NCBI GenBank assembly: GCA_002633005.1
Contig: NMRA01000231.1
Coordinates: 438,082-502,081, forward strand
Reading direction: 5' to 3'
Length of the DNA stretch: 64,000 nucleotides
Source: Phoronis australis
Taxonomy: Eukaryota > Animalia > Phoronida
Position 1 is the first letter of the stretch; each line of letters begins with the position of its first letter. Below are positions 14,201 to 27,555 of this stretch, piece by piece. A program made the translations under genes and the position numbers. The notes below the pieces were generated by a model. That model saw only the letters and a list, made by a program, of their open reading frames with translations. It was not told where the DNA came from and did no database searches.

Positions 14201-16900
14201 CTGGTCTCGATCCGCACCGGGTCAGATAGGCTGCGGTCCCGAGTCAGGCAAAATAATTTCTGTCAAAATTTATTCGCCACATTTCTTCAGCAAATTCGAT
14301 AAAATTGTCCGTAGTTTGATGTTAAAATTAAGGCACGCTGTCGAGTATTTTATCCCCGTTTGCTGGCTGGTAACAGTACAGGCACTGCTCCAGTCGCACT
14401 GACGGCGTTTTCTCGGCCTGGGTTCCTGAATGAATTGTTCTTCCGGGTTCGCGGCAAGTTCAAAATGGCGGTGGTTCTTCGGGTGCAAATCGTGAGTTGC
14501 GCGTTCATTTAAACTTTTTTCGAGTACGGATCGTGTATTAGTTATGGGGTGGGTACTTCTTGGATCCTTATAACATCCCCTAACCATGTAATAAGGGTTA
14601 ACAACGCGTGAGATGACTTTAACAGTACATGTATTTTAGACGAACATGCTCCATGGAAAACTAGACGTGTGAAGAGATTACGTCAGCCTGAATGGTTCAG
14701 TGATGACATTTTTGAAGCTATAAAGCTCAGGGATAGTTTTCTTAAGTGCGGAAATTATGAGGGCTACAAATCAGAGAGAAATTGTTTTGTAACAATGATT
14801 AAAAAGGCAAAGAGTGACTATTACTCTTCACTGATCAGTAGTAATCTCAAAAATTCCAAAGTGTTATGGAAAGTCATCAGACAGGTTGCTCCTAAAGAAT
14901 AATCCTCTTCACCTGCCATGTTAAAGATTGATAAGAAGTGTGTTCATGATAAATTTTAGATTGCCAATAATTTTAACAAATTTCTTACTGACATAGCTAG
15001 CAAACTTACTCGTGACCTTAAAGATACACACGCCACTCATAAAGCTTTTATTGACTTTTTAGTTCCAGAGTTGAGAGTAACATTGGTTATGGTATTCCTC
15101 TGGTAAATATGGAATTTGTAAATAAGTTCTTAAATGGTCGTAATCTTAATAAAGCCACTGGAATGGATAATGTCAGCCCCAAAGTTTTGAAACTAGCTCA
15201 TGAAGAGCTGGTATAATCCATCACCTATCTTTTAAACCATAGCATTAAAACTTCCAAGTTTCCTAGTTTGTGGAAACTTGCAAAAGTATCCCCTATACAC
15301 AAAGCCCGTGCTACTGACAATGTAAACAATAACAGACCAATATCAATTTTACCGGTCTTGTCTAAATTGTTGCAAAAGCATGTTCACCATACTTTTTATT
15401 CATTTTTGAATGAGCATGATTTAGTAGTTGCATCTCAGTCCGGTTTCAGAAGTGACCACTCCTCTGAAACTTCCCTCATTAATATTGTTAACGGCTGGGC
15501 TCAGGGTGTAGATAGTGGTCACAACGTTGGTGTAGTATTTTTGGATTTTAAAACAGCTTTTGATCTCGTTGATCACAAATTGTTAATTTACATGGTAGGC
15601 AAGTTCTTCCTAGACTGGTTTAAATCATATCTCTCAGAGAGGTGCCAGGTTGTATCCCGTGGTGCACATCTGTCTGAGTCCCGAGGTATCACACACTGTG
15701 TTCCCCAGGGATCCATCCTTGGACCTCTGCTGTTTTTACTTTTCATAAATGATCTCTCTTTAGTCTGCGAAAACACGGTTGATATGTATGCAGATGATAC
15801 TACCTTGTCTGTTGCGGCAAACTCGCTGATCGCTGTAGAGGACAGACTCCAGTCTGCTCTGGATAAGGTTGCTACCTGGTGTACTGATAATAAAATGGTA
15901 ATAAATGCTGAAAAAACAAAATATACGAGTATTGCCACAGAGCAACGGCATAATAGAAGTAATCTTAAGCTTAACCTTGTTATTTCCAATGTACGCCTCA
16001 AATATGTTGACAGTGAAAAGTAACTAGGTGTTACTGTAGACAAGACCCTCAGCTGGTCTAGCCACATAAATGGGACTGTGTCCAAAATTAGGCAGCGTCT
16101 TGGTCTTCTCCGGCGTATATCACCATTTCTTCCCACAAAAGAGCGTCTGCAATATTTCGGCGCTTGTGTATTCCCTCTGTTCGTTTATTGTAGAACAGTG
16201 TGGTCAGGATGCAATGCAAAATTAGTTTCCTCTTTATTGAAGGCTCAAAAGCAGGCGGCCAGACTTATTTTAGGTGTGCGTTTTGACACTCCATCAACTC
16301 ATATGTTTAATAGACTGGGGTGGCTCCCTATTGGCAAATATTTGATATATAGGCGTCTTTGTATAATGCATAGGTGCTTTCACGGTAATGTACCGACTTA
16401 TCTACCTCATAATCTCGTACTTGTTTGAAATAGCCACCAGATCAGGACAAGATTTTCTGACTCAAACAATTTGGTTTTGCCCAGACACAGAACATCGTTT
16501 TATTGTAAGTCCTTCTTTATTCAGACCATCAAACAGTGGAACAATTTGCCTAATAATCTTAAGGATGCTGATTGTTATGATAAGTTCGGACACCACCTCA
16601 TCAGTTACATGTACCTGTGGTCGTCATAGATGTCCCTCCTTCTTGTCTTTCCAATATATTTACCATTTTTTTATTTATTTATTTATCTTTAATTCAATTT
16701 GTTTATCAAATTTGTAAATACTAGTTTATTTAATGTATCTTGTTTTACCTTAATTTAATCTGTTTATCTAACTTAATTTAATTTATTTAATTTCTTGCTG
16801 CAGAGGACCATGCTGGATATTAGCCTTTGGCTAAAGAATGTTTTACATTTATTGTGTATTTTATCCTCTTTAAATAACGTTTATTATTATTATAATAATA
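11300..16900 (+). mobile_element. CR1/L2-group non-LTR retrotransposon ORF2 (endonuclease + RT), decayed and interrupted by an insertion
   Basis: APE motifs WNVRNL, LQETWL, YRP, GDLN, IDHVY (11350-11950); RT motifs PISILP, QSGFR, LDF..AFD, VPQGSILGPLLF, YADD (15268-16023); stops and frameshifts; (ATT/AAT)n tail at ~16880-16902. Confidence 0.93.
12134..14618. mobile_element. Kolobok-like non-autonomous element inserted in the LINE
   Basis: TTAA duplicated at 12130-12133 and 14619-14622; AGTC...GACT termini. Removing it rejoins the LINE frame as WYKLFN-S(TC)ILDEHAPWK. 12630-13520 is homologous to 24100-25070. Confidence 0.8.
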
Positions 16901-17241
16901 ATGGTCCTTCTGACATGTTGGATCGGTTCTGCTAACGCAACCTTGCGAAAACTAACAAAAAACATGTGAGATATTGCATCGTGTTACACGCGAAACACGT
17001 GATCGGGATTTAGACAATTATACAATCAGCAATTTACCAGTATGTGTTGATAGATATAGTAAATATATAGACGCTGAGGTTGGCCAGTAATGAAATGTAT
17101 CAAATAAACACAGACAAACCAGGAACCCCAAATGGGAATCGAACCATAATAATTGTCTAAATCCCTTGTGAAAAAGGCGAAACGCCGCTCATGGGATGTA
17201 TGACTTAACAGTTGGCTGTAAACAGTAATTGCTCAGATATC

Positions 17242-17315
17242 GGGTCCTCGGTAGTTCAGTGGTGAGAGAACTAGACCGGCAATCTAGAGACCTGTGGTTC
17301 GATTCCCAGTTGGGT
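17242..17315 (+). repeat. tRNA-derived SINE head or tRNA pseudogene
   Basis: Pol III A box TAGTTCAGTGG and B box GGTTCGATTCC at tRNA spacing; acceptor stem does not pair properly. Confidence 0.6.
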
Positions 17316-17774
17316 TTCCTGAGTTTTCAGTGTTACCGACACTATACGGATGTAACAAAAACTGAAAGAGCTCTTTAAATTGAAAATAATGTTGAGCCCA
17401 CTAGAACATTAAGCAGATTGTCACTGTCAGTTACATTTAACAGTGCTCAAAGAAATATACCCTATATGTCTTGCCATCACAATGAACCAGGCATATGCCA
17501 CAAATCAAATTACATCACAAGGGAACTTAACAAACATCAGAAAAGTTGAAAACCTATCCTAGTTCCAAACATTCAATTGTAAATACTGTAGGTCTACCTA
17601 TTCATTATTCAAAAAACTGTCAGTTCGAATCCTGGCTTCACTGCCTGCTAATCGCGCATTGCACAAAGGTGTCTCCTACTCCTCTTAGCTTGGACGTAAT
17701 AGTGAATATGTGCAAGGGTGTGATTTAATGCGAATGCCAATCGTGAGGCTGTGCTTATACAGCACACATCACGA

Positions 17775-17965
17775 ATTTTTGGCCGACCGGTCGGAAATTG
17801 GTCGACGACCGGCCGTCGACCGGTCGTCTAGCCGACCAGCAGCCGACCAACAACGGTCGGCTAGGAGCCGTCTGCTTAGTCGCCTCTGTGGTCGGCACTT
17901 GGGTCGGCTAATTGGTCGCCTAGCGTAGACGACCAATTCAGATTAAGCGTGTCCTTGGTCGGCAA
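17775..17965. repeat. GC-rich quasi-palindromic cluster of CCGACC/GGTCGG motifs (probable MITE interior)
   Basis: Repeated gccgacc/ggtcgg/ggtcg motifs in both orientations. Confidence 0.45.
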
Positions 17966-20199
17966 TTACCATTTTTTTGACTTAGCGGGTGAACTTTGGA
18001 CACACAAACATTTAACTGTTCGCTGTTCGTTTACCAGTGGCAACTCCGGTCTTGACATCGGTTTATCAAATTTTGTTCAACTATTAAATGGAGGTAAAAT
18101 TGAATCAACCTACAAATACGAAGTGCGTGGCATTACACAAGCCGAAAACCTTATGTTGAATTAATGACGGCGTGGTAAAATCAAACGTTAAGTGATATAG
18201 CGGAAAAATAATGTCTAACTTTAGATATCAGACTTTTTATGCAGTGCATTATGCATAAAAACAAGCACGAAATTTGAAATTTACAGCAAAATTGCATGAA
18301 AATCAGAATACAACACTGGATATTTTACGACCTCAAATGTTTTCATGCCGCGGATTGCTCAACAAGCAGCACGCATTTACGCTCATCCGTTATTGCTCTT
18401 GATCATCACTTCATCACGCTGTATATTGCGCTTTACCACAGATAATTATTGTTTACATTGTATTTCTGTATAATTTCTTAATATGTTGGTACGGCAATAG
18501 AACCCAAGTTTATTTTAGGAACAATATAAACAATGGTTTGAACATAGCGCCGATATTAAATCATGGGCGCATGAAAACGGAAGACTGTGATCGGTTTATA
18601 GTGTAATCCATCATCCATCATCATTCTGAATTTGTTGTCACTTTCGCAGTAAAACTTTTTTCGAAGCTAGAGCCTTCCTATCTAGCCAGCTAGCTGTGAA
18701 GACTATTTTCAAAATACAGCAAGGTGCCACTGCGTATTGAGCTCAAACAGACCTCGAAATTTCACACAGCCCGGATATTTACATGTACGCTTGTCACCTC
18801 GTCGAAAAGCTTGTATCAACATGAGCTCAAGACCGGCGAGTTTGCATGCAAACTCTGGAAGCCAATTGGCATTCAAGTTGCCCGTTACGGCCGTTTTAAC
18901 GAAAAAACGTACATGTATGTCGTCGTTTTGAAGAGTTCATTCGTGACACGCGCCACTTTCAAAATGTTTTCGACATCTCCCATTATATGGTGACAACATC
19001 TCAGCAAAATTTGGTTCACTGATATCAAAATTCCAAAAACATATAATGAAGTGAAACCAACTCTGATCATTTGTCTTGACGTTTACGCAACCTCGAGGGA
19101 GAACGTTTGATTGAAGAATCTGGGAAAAAAAAACTGACTAATAGGTGACGCAATATTTCATTGCGTCGAAAGTCGACGCAAAAGGTTATACCCTAATTTT
19201 AGCAGCAGAATAATTGTAGAAAACCAAATTTTGCAACGCTGGTCAATTATTTAGATTATTCTAGGAAGATTTTATTCGGTCAGTTTTTACCCACAACGGC
19301 GCAAATTTGTATATTTAATTTAGTAAACACCTTCGCATCAAGGCTAGAGCCTTCCGAGCCCTTTGGCATAAGAACACAATTATTGGCGTTTCGCGTATAC
19401 TCCAGGGGGTAAAACTTTGAAAATAATATTTTCGGGGTAACCTGGTACAGGTAATCCTAAAAAACTTGTCTGCGTTTTCATGTAGAGTGTAAAAATTATT
19501 AACTAATTATTTAAGAAAACAATAACTGTCGGATTCAAAACCTACAGATCAAACCAGAACCCAGGAAGGTCCAAGAGATAACAGTGAATTCAAGTACGAC
19601 TTGTAGACAAAAGTTCTACTGCAGAGGCCGATCTACGGGGGAGGGGGCTTCGTGGGGTTCAATCTCCCTAGAACACGATTAAAAATGTAAAAAAAATTAC
19701 AAAACTGTTGCCAGGAAATCGAAATCAGATATTAAAAAAACAGACAAATCTTACACGGGTGGTGAGAAACACTGCTCAGTACCAACTAAGCTTATGTTGC
19801 TGCCAGGGATAACGTTTTTCAAATTATCGTTGTTGTTACTAACTTAAAGTTGATTCATTATTGAATGCTGTCATGAAATCCATGTTCATTTTAAAATTAC
19901 TTTTAAGGTAGCACGTAGCATAGTACTATTTAAGTAACAGACTTCAGACAGTAATTGTCTGTGTCAACTTGCTTTGTTTAATATGAGCAACTTCTATGTC
20001 CCTTCCAGTATTCACACGATGTTTTGTTTAATAATAATATTTCTGTAGTAAACATGCTGACCTCAGAATATGACTGTTCGAGCAGAGCGTCACCGTCGCA
20101 AGCGCTATGCGCACGAATAAAAATCATCTGATGATTATTCTGGCCTAGTTCCATCTCAATTGGTCCACGATTTAAGGTTACCGGGCATAGGTCCTGCCC

Positions 20200-20345
20200 C
20201 AGGGGCGGATTTAATGGGGGCATGCCCCCTAAAATTATCCCAGATTGCATTTAGTAGTTCGGGAATCCGATTGTCTGACGGGCAAAATCCTGGTTAATAC
20301 TCTGCCCTGGCCCATCAAAAACTCAAAATCCTGGATCTGCTCCTG
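20200..20345. mobile_element. hAT-like MITE, same family (inverted relative to the 3377 copy)
   Basis: CAGGGGCGGATTT...GGATCTGCTCCTG; flanks TGCCC/TGCCA; interior is the reverse complement of 3377-3530. Confidence 0.75.
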
Positions 20346-20487
20346 TGCCACCCCCTTTGGCCGCAAAAAAGTAAATTGATACGGAAATAAATGTATTCAT
20401 TTACTTTTACTATGTTGCGGTTAATAGTGAGCAAGTACTTTGATATGTATACGCGAAAAATATCTCCTCTTAATATCTTAGATATGC

Positions 20488-21393
20488 CACTGGGTCCCTC
20501 GCCATTTTTCTGAGCACAAGTTTTCACTTATAAAGTTTTGTTTCTGGCGTTTATTCTGGGGCCATATCTCTCCAAGCCTTCGGCTTACGTTGACTTGATT
20601 TGGCACCAATTTTCTTGTTCTCGACTATGACATTGGCTTTTTCTCTGATCAGTTATGGGAGGGAGCATTTTTCCTCGTGAGAAAAGCTTTTATCCCTTTT
20701 CTCAAATTTCTGCACTCATTCTGCTGCTGTGTGCCCTTGTGTACCAAAGTGATCAAGGTTTCATTGAAGCACTTCAATACTTTCTTTGTTGTGTTAATCC
20801 GGATCAACACAGCAGGGTGGCTTAGATGCTTCACACCTGGGCCCTGTCTCCAATCTTTTTACTCGAAATGGAACTCGAAATTAGGTTTGGCATTTTCTAC
20901 TCAACTTTTGGGAGAACTCAAGATAAGTGCCTATTATTCTATGCTCGAGTACACAATAACTTACGTAGATAATTTATTGCCCTTAGTTCACAGTTTGTAA
21001 ACCCAATATTAAAGCAATAAGTTCGAGTTTTAACTCGAAATTTCGAGTTTTTACTCAAGTTTGTAGCACGAATATAAGGGTCTTCAACTCAAGGGCAAAC
21101 TTGGACTAGAAACTCCTATGCATAAACTATGATGTATTCGAGCACAGTCTGATAACCAATTATCTTAAGTTAGCACAAAAGGAGCAGAGAAATTGCCAAA
21201 AATAGTTTCGAGTTCGTTTCGAGTACAAAGATTAGAGACCGGGCCCTGGTTTTACTAAACCGGTTGCCCGGTCTAACATAACCAGGCTTTCACACTTTTA
21301 AAGCACGTTGGTGAAATGCAAGTTAGGTCTAAAATTAGACCAGGATTAGGAAGACCAGGGTTAAGTCTTAAACCTTTTTTGTTAAACCACCCT
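20488..21393. repeat. Interspersed repeat homologous to 36148-36660, carrying a nested MITE
   Basis: Shared blocks, e.g. GTTGACTTGATTTGGCACCA, TTTCATTGAAGCACTTCAATA, AAAATTAGACC. Confidence 0.7.
20840..21245. mobile_element. PIF/Harbinger-type MITE
   Basis: About 40-bp TIRs GGCCCTGTCTCCAATCTTTTTACTCGAAA / TTTCGAGTACAAAGATTAGAGACCGGGCC; 3-bp TSD CTG; absent from the paralogous repeat at 36.5 kb. Confidence 0.8.
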
Positions 21394-22834
21394 AATGAAA
21401 TCGGCTGGTAGGTTCGGTAGGCCAATTTATCGATCGCTGGGGTTTGCATATGTTTGGTGATAAATTCGAATCATTCTTCCGGGGAATACAGGCATGGAAG
21501 ATAGTTGTGCCTTTAGACGTGTAATTTTTTCAGTTGTAAACACACGAAACAGTTGTTATCCCAGCCTGTGCCTCGAACCCGATCATGCCCGCCGCGGCCG
21601 CTGGGACTGGACATCACGAACACAAACCAGCTTAAGTTGGAAACTAAACCTCTAGTCAGGAAATGGCTATACTAGTGCGCCAAAGAAATAATGTACACGT
21701 AATCAATTTAGTGAAATAGCCACGAAACTGAAAATCTACTTACTTGTCGGGGGCCGCGAAGTCAAGTTGCCCTTTTACAGAACAGTCAGGGCAAAAGTTG
21801 TACAGTAACAATGATATGAATAATGTATTTGTATATCTAAATAAAGATTTCCCTAACATGTGACCATAGCATATAGAATCGAGTTATTGCTTCACAACAG
21901 CATTTTTTCAGCATGAGCTCACACGGCCTCGGTGCCTGGTCAATTAACTTTATTGCATCTGATGCCGGTAACGCAGTGGTTTATTCATTGTTGGCTTCTC
22001 AAAACATTTGCACCCACGAATACATCAAAGGCATTACAAATTGTATCTAATGAGACAGACTTTGTTTCAGTTTCATATAAGCATTGGTTAGGGTGAGAAT
22101 AATTCATTTTGAACCAGAACGCAGAATGATAAACGTCAATGGCAACTTGCAATCCCGACTTAGACGATAGCTCATCCGACGAAGACATCGCAGGTGGATC
22201 GTTAAATTTCACAGGCCATCAGTTCGAAGCAGAATAAAGTGATCAAGAACTACCAGAGAGGCGCCGTGAACAATCAAAATACACAGGCAACAGAACGTAT
22301 GGACAGTTCTTTAATTGGTAAGCCGGCATTCGTCAGACTCACTGTCGACAACTGCAGGCCACATACTCGGAGATTTTTCACAGCCTCATACAGTGTACTT
22401 GCTATTAACAGTGTACTTTTCATTCTTCACTATCGCAAGCCACTTCCACTTCAGACTATCGAGAAAGTAAAAAAGATATACCCACTTTCCTCGCAGCTGC
22501 ATAGTTCGGACAAACGGGAACGATGCACTGCAATATAGTGGCATTCACTCTGCAAATGAACCACTGACGTCGCTGCGTCGTTTCTCATTTTCCTCACAGG
22601 TTAACGCGACACCTCTCGGCAACATTACGGCGTTTTGCCGTTGCTCCCAACTTGTTCAGTGCTATAGCCCAACAACAAGTTGGGAAGTTTACCCCTGTAG
22701 CCAACATCTTACAAGACTGATTAACTCCATTCTGGCATTTAAGGTTGGAGGGCCAGCTCTCTGTTGTTCGATAATTGCTCTAATCTCCAATAAGATGGTA
22801 TCTACACTGACTGGGCTGTGCTGTTAAACATAAA

Positions 22835-22975
22835 AGTTAAGTAATAACATATTTGAACATAACCCAGTAGCATTTCTGAAATCTTCGTCAAATGGTGATC
22901 ATGTTTAATTTTTGAATCGCCTAAATCACCCAACTGCAACCAAGTTACGACAATCTATTCTTACCGAATACACCA
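22835..22975 (-). repeat. Fragment of the Kolobok-like family (inverted copy of 1185-1320)
   Basis: Reverse complement matches AAGAATAGATTGTCGTAACTT...GATTTCAGAAATGCTA...TATGTT. Confidence 0.65.
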
Positions 22976-23574
22976 ATTCTCTTACATGTAGAGTTTGACT
23001 GTGTTCACACGTGGTCTATAATAAACAGATAAAAGAATGTGCTTGGTAGTTAACAAAGAAGCTAGATGTTATCACATGCTCAGAACCCCCTAAATCTGGT
23101 ATAGTCACTGAACGGGAAAACGCTGTCATGATGTAAGGTCAACCGTATGCGAGGCGATGTGGATATAGACCGATTAAGACAGTAAAAATTATAATTAAAT
23201 CGGGTAGCATTCTCCTCTAAAAGAGACATATGTTAAAGTGGTTGATTCAAAGTTGTTTAGTTGTAGGAAATATATATGCACATGTGTTGGCTGTTACTAA
23301 AGTTTACTGATAAACCACATTTCTTTTCATTTCATACCTCATATTCGTCTAGAATTTGTTTAGAAACGCTCCCATTTCCCAAAAAAATTTGAGAACGCAA
23401 AATTTTAACTTTTGTCTATCTTTGGAAAAACGTCACAACAGGTTTCGAAAAGGGAAGTGACCCGATCATTGCCGAGTCCACAGTCTAATACTCTCTGCCA
23501 AGAGGACTTACTTTTGTTTTTTTCAAATTTAGACGGATTTTTAGATTGAAACTAGAGTAAATATTTAAAAAAGA

Positions 23575-23760
23575 ATGCCTGACCGTTGTGTAGTTGGAGG
23601 CTTTGACAATACGCCAAGGGCTGGGGTAGCTTTGCACAAGTTTCCCACTGATCCAAGACTGCGTCGCAAGTGAGAAGACTGCGAAGTCCAGTAGTGGAGC
23701 GTCGCCCTGTTCGGTAGTATGTAGTAAACGTATTTCTATGGCCTGCTTCGAGAACGACAG
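23575..23760 (+). pseudogene. THAP domain remnant of a DNA transposon (Kolobok-like)
   Basis: MPDRCVVGGFDNTPRAGVALHKFPTDPRLRRK* followed by a frameshifted VCSK...ACFE; TTAAAG at ~23233 upstream. Confidence 0.75.
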
Positions 23761-24099
23761 CCTGCCAGCCGAGTATATTTGTAAAGCAGGATGAGTAAAC
23801 TTTCAGAGATTATTCGAAACGGTATTTGCCGTCACTTTCCAGAAGCTAGTGGGCCTTGAGCTAGTATTGAGCCTAACATTCAAAATGGCGGATAGCATCG
23901 ACAAAAACTGTTGGACAGTGCTAGAAGTAGCCAGCAGGTTGCTTTCCTTTTGAATTACGATTTTTGCAACATACCGATAAGGGGTGTTTGTAGGTGGGTG
24001 TGCTGAATAGCTTGATGCTCGTTACCTGTCGTTGCAATCCATTGAATTTCGCCTAGTTGATCGCTAGCTGGACTGAATGAACAGTAAGAGTAAGGATGT

Positions 24100-25070
24100 C
24101 CAACCATTTTTTTGATTTGCAGAAAACCTCGGAAAGGTAATGCATCCCACTCAATAAAAATTGAAAAAATATCAAAATCGGTTTAAGCAGTTAAAATTTA
24201 TTTCAATATTAGTGGCGAAATTTGGGTCATTTGTTTGGATCAGCTCGGCCATCTTGGACAACAGTGGCATAAGTTACGAGTTTAAAAAGGTATATAAATT
24301 ATTTTCGCCAATAATTTACGATGGATTTTAGTAAGAAATATCTATACCTATAATTCAGAGCGATTCAATAGTTTTCACTAGACTTCGACCACGCAGACGT
24401 TACTTATTGAGTGATAAAATTCCTCACAATTCCCGTTTCTGGTGGCACCGACAATATGGCGACTTACGCTGAACTGAAGGGCATTTCCAATCACCTATTT
24501 TGTAATTGGTGAAGATGCAACTTTGATACATTTTGATGAAAGCTGCTGTAAAAAACAACTTTGCACAATGATTACGTTTTTGTGCAAAAACATAAGGAAT
24601 ATTCTAATTATTTTAGTGTGAAAATCCCATTCAGATGACCATACACTCAGCTTAAAAATAAATGTAGTTGAAAACGCTTTGAAGTCGTTTTTTCTTTGAA
24701 AGCCAATTGCGCTGCAAGGTTTGATTATGTGTCACAGCATAATTCATATTTTTTCTAAATTTTACATACGAATCGTTATTTTAATACATGCGTTGAACCT
24801 TTAAACTTTCTTAATTAAAGTTTTCAAGGTATCAACATGTAAAGGCTCTTAATTAGAGTAATAGGCTATGTTGGATTATGAAGCTTCCAGCCTCTAACCC
24901 TTTTTCCATGCAACGTCTAATTTTTTCAAATCATGCTTGTCGAATTCTAGTGTAAGGGAACACCTGGTGGCCATGGTAATAGTTTGGCATATCCACTTTC
25001 ACAGCATGTAAATTTATCGTGTTGTTCGATATACATGTAGTTTGCAATGCTTAAATGTTCTAAAGTAATG
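24100..25070 (+). repeat. Non-coding TE segment shared with 12630-13520
   Basis: Long collinear similarity, e.g. GTGGCGAAATTTGGGTCA, AAGTTACGAGTTTAAAA, CTGAACTGAA.GGCAT. Confidence 0.8.
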
Positions 25071-26571
25071 TGTTATCTGAGTAGGAGAATAATCATTTTG
25101 GCTTGCATATCAAGTTTACTGTACCGAGGGTGTTTCAGTTTTGACCATCTACCTTCACCTGCATTGAAAGTTTTTCACTGTAGAAATCAAATATGTAATT
25201 TCGACTGAAAACACTTGATTACAATTTGAACTGTGGATTAAATCGTAATCGTCCTCTGATTTGTTCTTTGATTTCTATTACTCAGTGACCAAAGCACGAT
25301 AGAATTAGCTTGCCATAATGAACGCCTGGAATAGTATGCTCACTGGCATTTTCAGGTAATATTTCTTTATGCTTGGTTTTTTGTTCTTATTTCAATTAAC
25401 ACACGGATTTAAAAAACGAAGTTCAGAAGACTTCCATTTCACGTGTTCTTATAATTATGTCATTGAGATTGCCACCTCCACTCAACTTTCAATTATAAAT
25501 GTGGTTAAATTTACAAGTGACATCCTTCCTACTCACTGCTGGGAATGTAACAAGTACACTATTGGCCCAGGGCGCTTAGAAAAAACTGCTTCAGGAAGGG
25601 GTCGCTTATTAAAGCCCCAAAGTGGTTAAAACCCGGTCTCCGAAACAGGTGAAATCGTAAGCTAAAATCCATCAAATTTACCCCCTGTGACTCATCTGTA
25701 ACCTATGACAGTATTTTTACAAACTTGCAGTGCATTGATATCAAACTTTTTTGTTAAATTACGATCATTTTTCAGAAAATCCCAGTGCGACAACTCGGCG
25801 ACTGATGCGTCGCTGCCTCGCAATCGCCAATAGGTTAATTTGAATTCTTCAGTAAAAATATAGTTTCGAATCAACAAATTACCTGAAGTCGTTCTTAAGT
25901 TTTCAAAATAGCGTCCTTAAGATTTTTAAGTTCCTGTGGAGTCGGAATTAACAGCATATTAAGTCCAAATCTGCACGAGATCGTACTCCGTTACCCGAGA
26001 AAAACCTCTGGACGAACACACATGTTTTTGTCACGTGATGTTTGTTTTGAAGTTCGTCTCCGTATTGGGTGAGTGAGCGAGCGCGTGCGTGTCATCCAAT
26101 GAGAGTTCATTTGCCTCAGTGAACGCGATGTAATGATCTAGGTGTTTGTAACTAAGGAAATTAACACAAGCAGTAAAGCAGATCGTGTTTTATTTTGCAC
26201 TTGGTGATCTCATCTGCTAAAAAACGTTCGAGAATTGTCTCGGTAAGGTCCATGTCATTGAGTCGCCGGGTAACTGGATGCGTGACAGTTGTAACAGTTA
26301 TTTTTCGGGAGATTCGGGGGTGTAAGGGTGCGGAAGTGTTCACTACAGTGGGTCTTTTTGACTTTAAAAACACCAATTCCCCCTTACAAATATCGCAAAC
26401 GTTTTTACGGTATTAGAAAATTTCGGAAATACATAAGTGCCGGTATGTATATGCGCTAACTGCGAAGCGATACCGAAGCTAGTTTAGAGTGAAACAACAC
26501 GTGTAGGTGAGGTAAAAGGTCATGCGTATTGTGACAAACTATACGACTACAGGTAGCTATAAATACAACAG

Positions 26572-27555
26572 CATAGGCGGATTTAGGGGGGGGGGGAGCA
26601 GGGGGCCCGCCCCTCCCTTGGCTGCAGCAAAAAAATAAAACAGCAAGAGTGTAGGGAAATGTTGAGTTTATTAATTAACCCCGACTGCGACTGAAGCAAG
26701 ACTTAAATGTGTGCAGTTTTAATATTGAGGGGGAAGGGCTCAGATCCAATTTCAAGTATCAAATTCGTAACACGGCGCAATCGTAACGGAACTATGGCAA
26801 AGTGTAGGCTCTCCCGCGATATCTCAGGCGACCGGCAGTGGCGCTAGGCACCAGAACTCCATTTCCGTCGTCTGCTCCACTGTGCAATGAAGAAAATTAC
26901 ATTTTTTCAAGGAACTGGTATCTGAGTGTCGGTGAAATAACAGAAGCTGCTGGAAAGATGTCAATTTTAATCGAAGCTTTAGTGAATTACTCAGAAACTC
27001 ATAATTCTCTCGTTGTCAAACCTTAACTTCAGACGATTTCCAAAGCAACCGCGTCATTATTGTCAACACAAAAACGGATTTGATCTGTTGGGCAATTGAA
27101 GACTATTTTAAATACAACAAATTTGTTACGAACTGATTGCACAAAATATAAAACATGTAATAACCATTACAAAAAGAAGGAGTTTTCGCGCGCAAACACT
27201 GTGGACCATAAATAAGTACATGTAGGTCTCTTAGTATCAAATTAGGAGTTAAATCGTGGTGGTTCAGTGGTTATGCACCCGCGCTTTATCCGCTGGGTCG
27301 TGAGTTCGAGTCTGTGGTACTTGCAGTTTTTGCTTGTTGACACATTATTCGTTTCTTTTGCCTTTTTTTCTTGGATAATACTTCTGGAATCAAGGAAAAT
27401 GCTTGATTTTTAGAGGAAAAAACAGAAAAAAATCTTGGGCGAACCCCCCTCCCGACCTCCCCCATTCGATGCTATACGCATCTGCAATCGTGCTTGGAGC
27501 AAATGTTTAAAGACAAAATGTTGGGCCCCCTTGTGATATCCTAGATCCGCCACTG
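26572..27555. mobile_element. Longer hAT-like MITE family member with an internal tRNA-like SINE head (~27256-27315)
   Basis: CATAGGCGGATTTAGG...CCTAGATCCGCCACTG; internal TGGTTCAGTGG and GAGTTCGAGTC boxes; TSD not clean. Confidence 0.6.

Noticed and set aside
15588-16136. 182-aa minus-strand ORF
   Set aside because: Antisense shadow of the LINE RT.
17242-17315. Functional tRNA gene
   Set aside because: Only the A and B boxes are retained; the cloverleaf and acceptor stem are not intact, so it is treated as SINE-like.
17775-17965. CRISPR-like array
   Set aside because: No constant-length repeats with unique spacers, no cas genes, and eukaryotic context.
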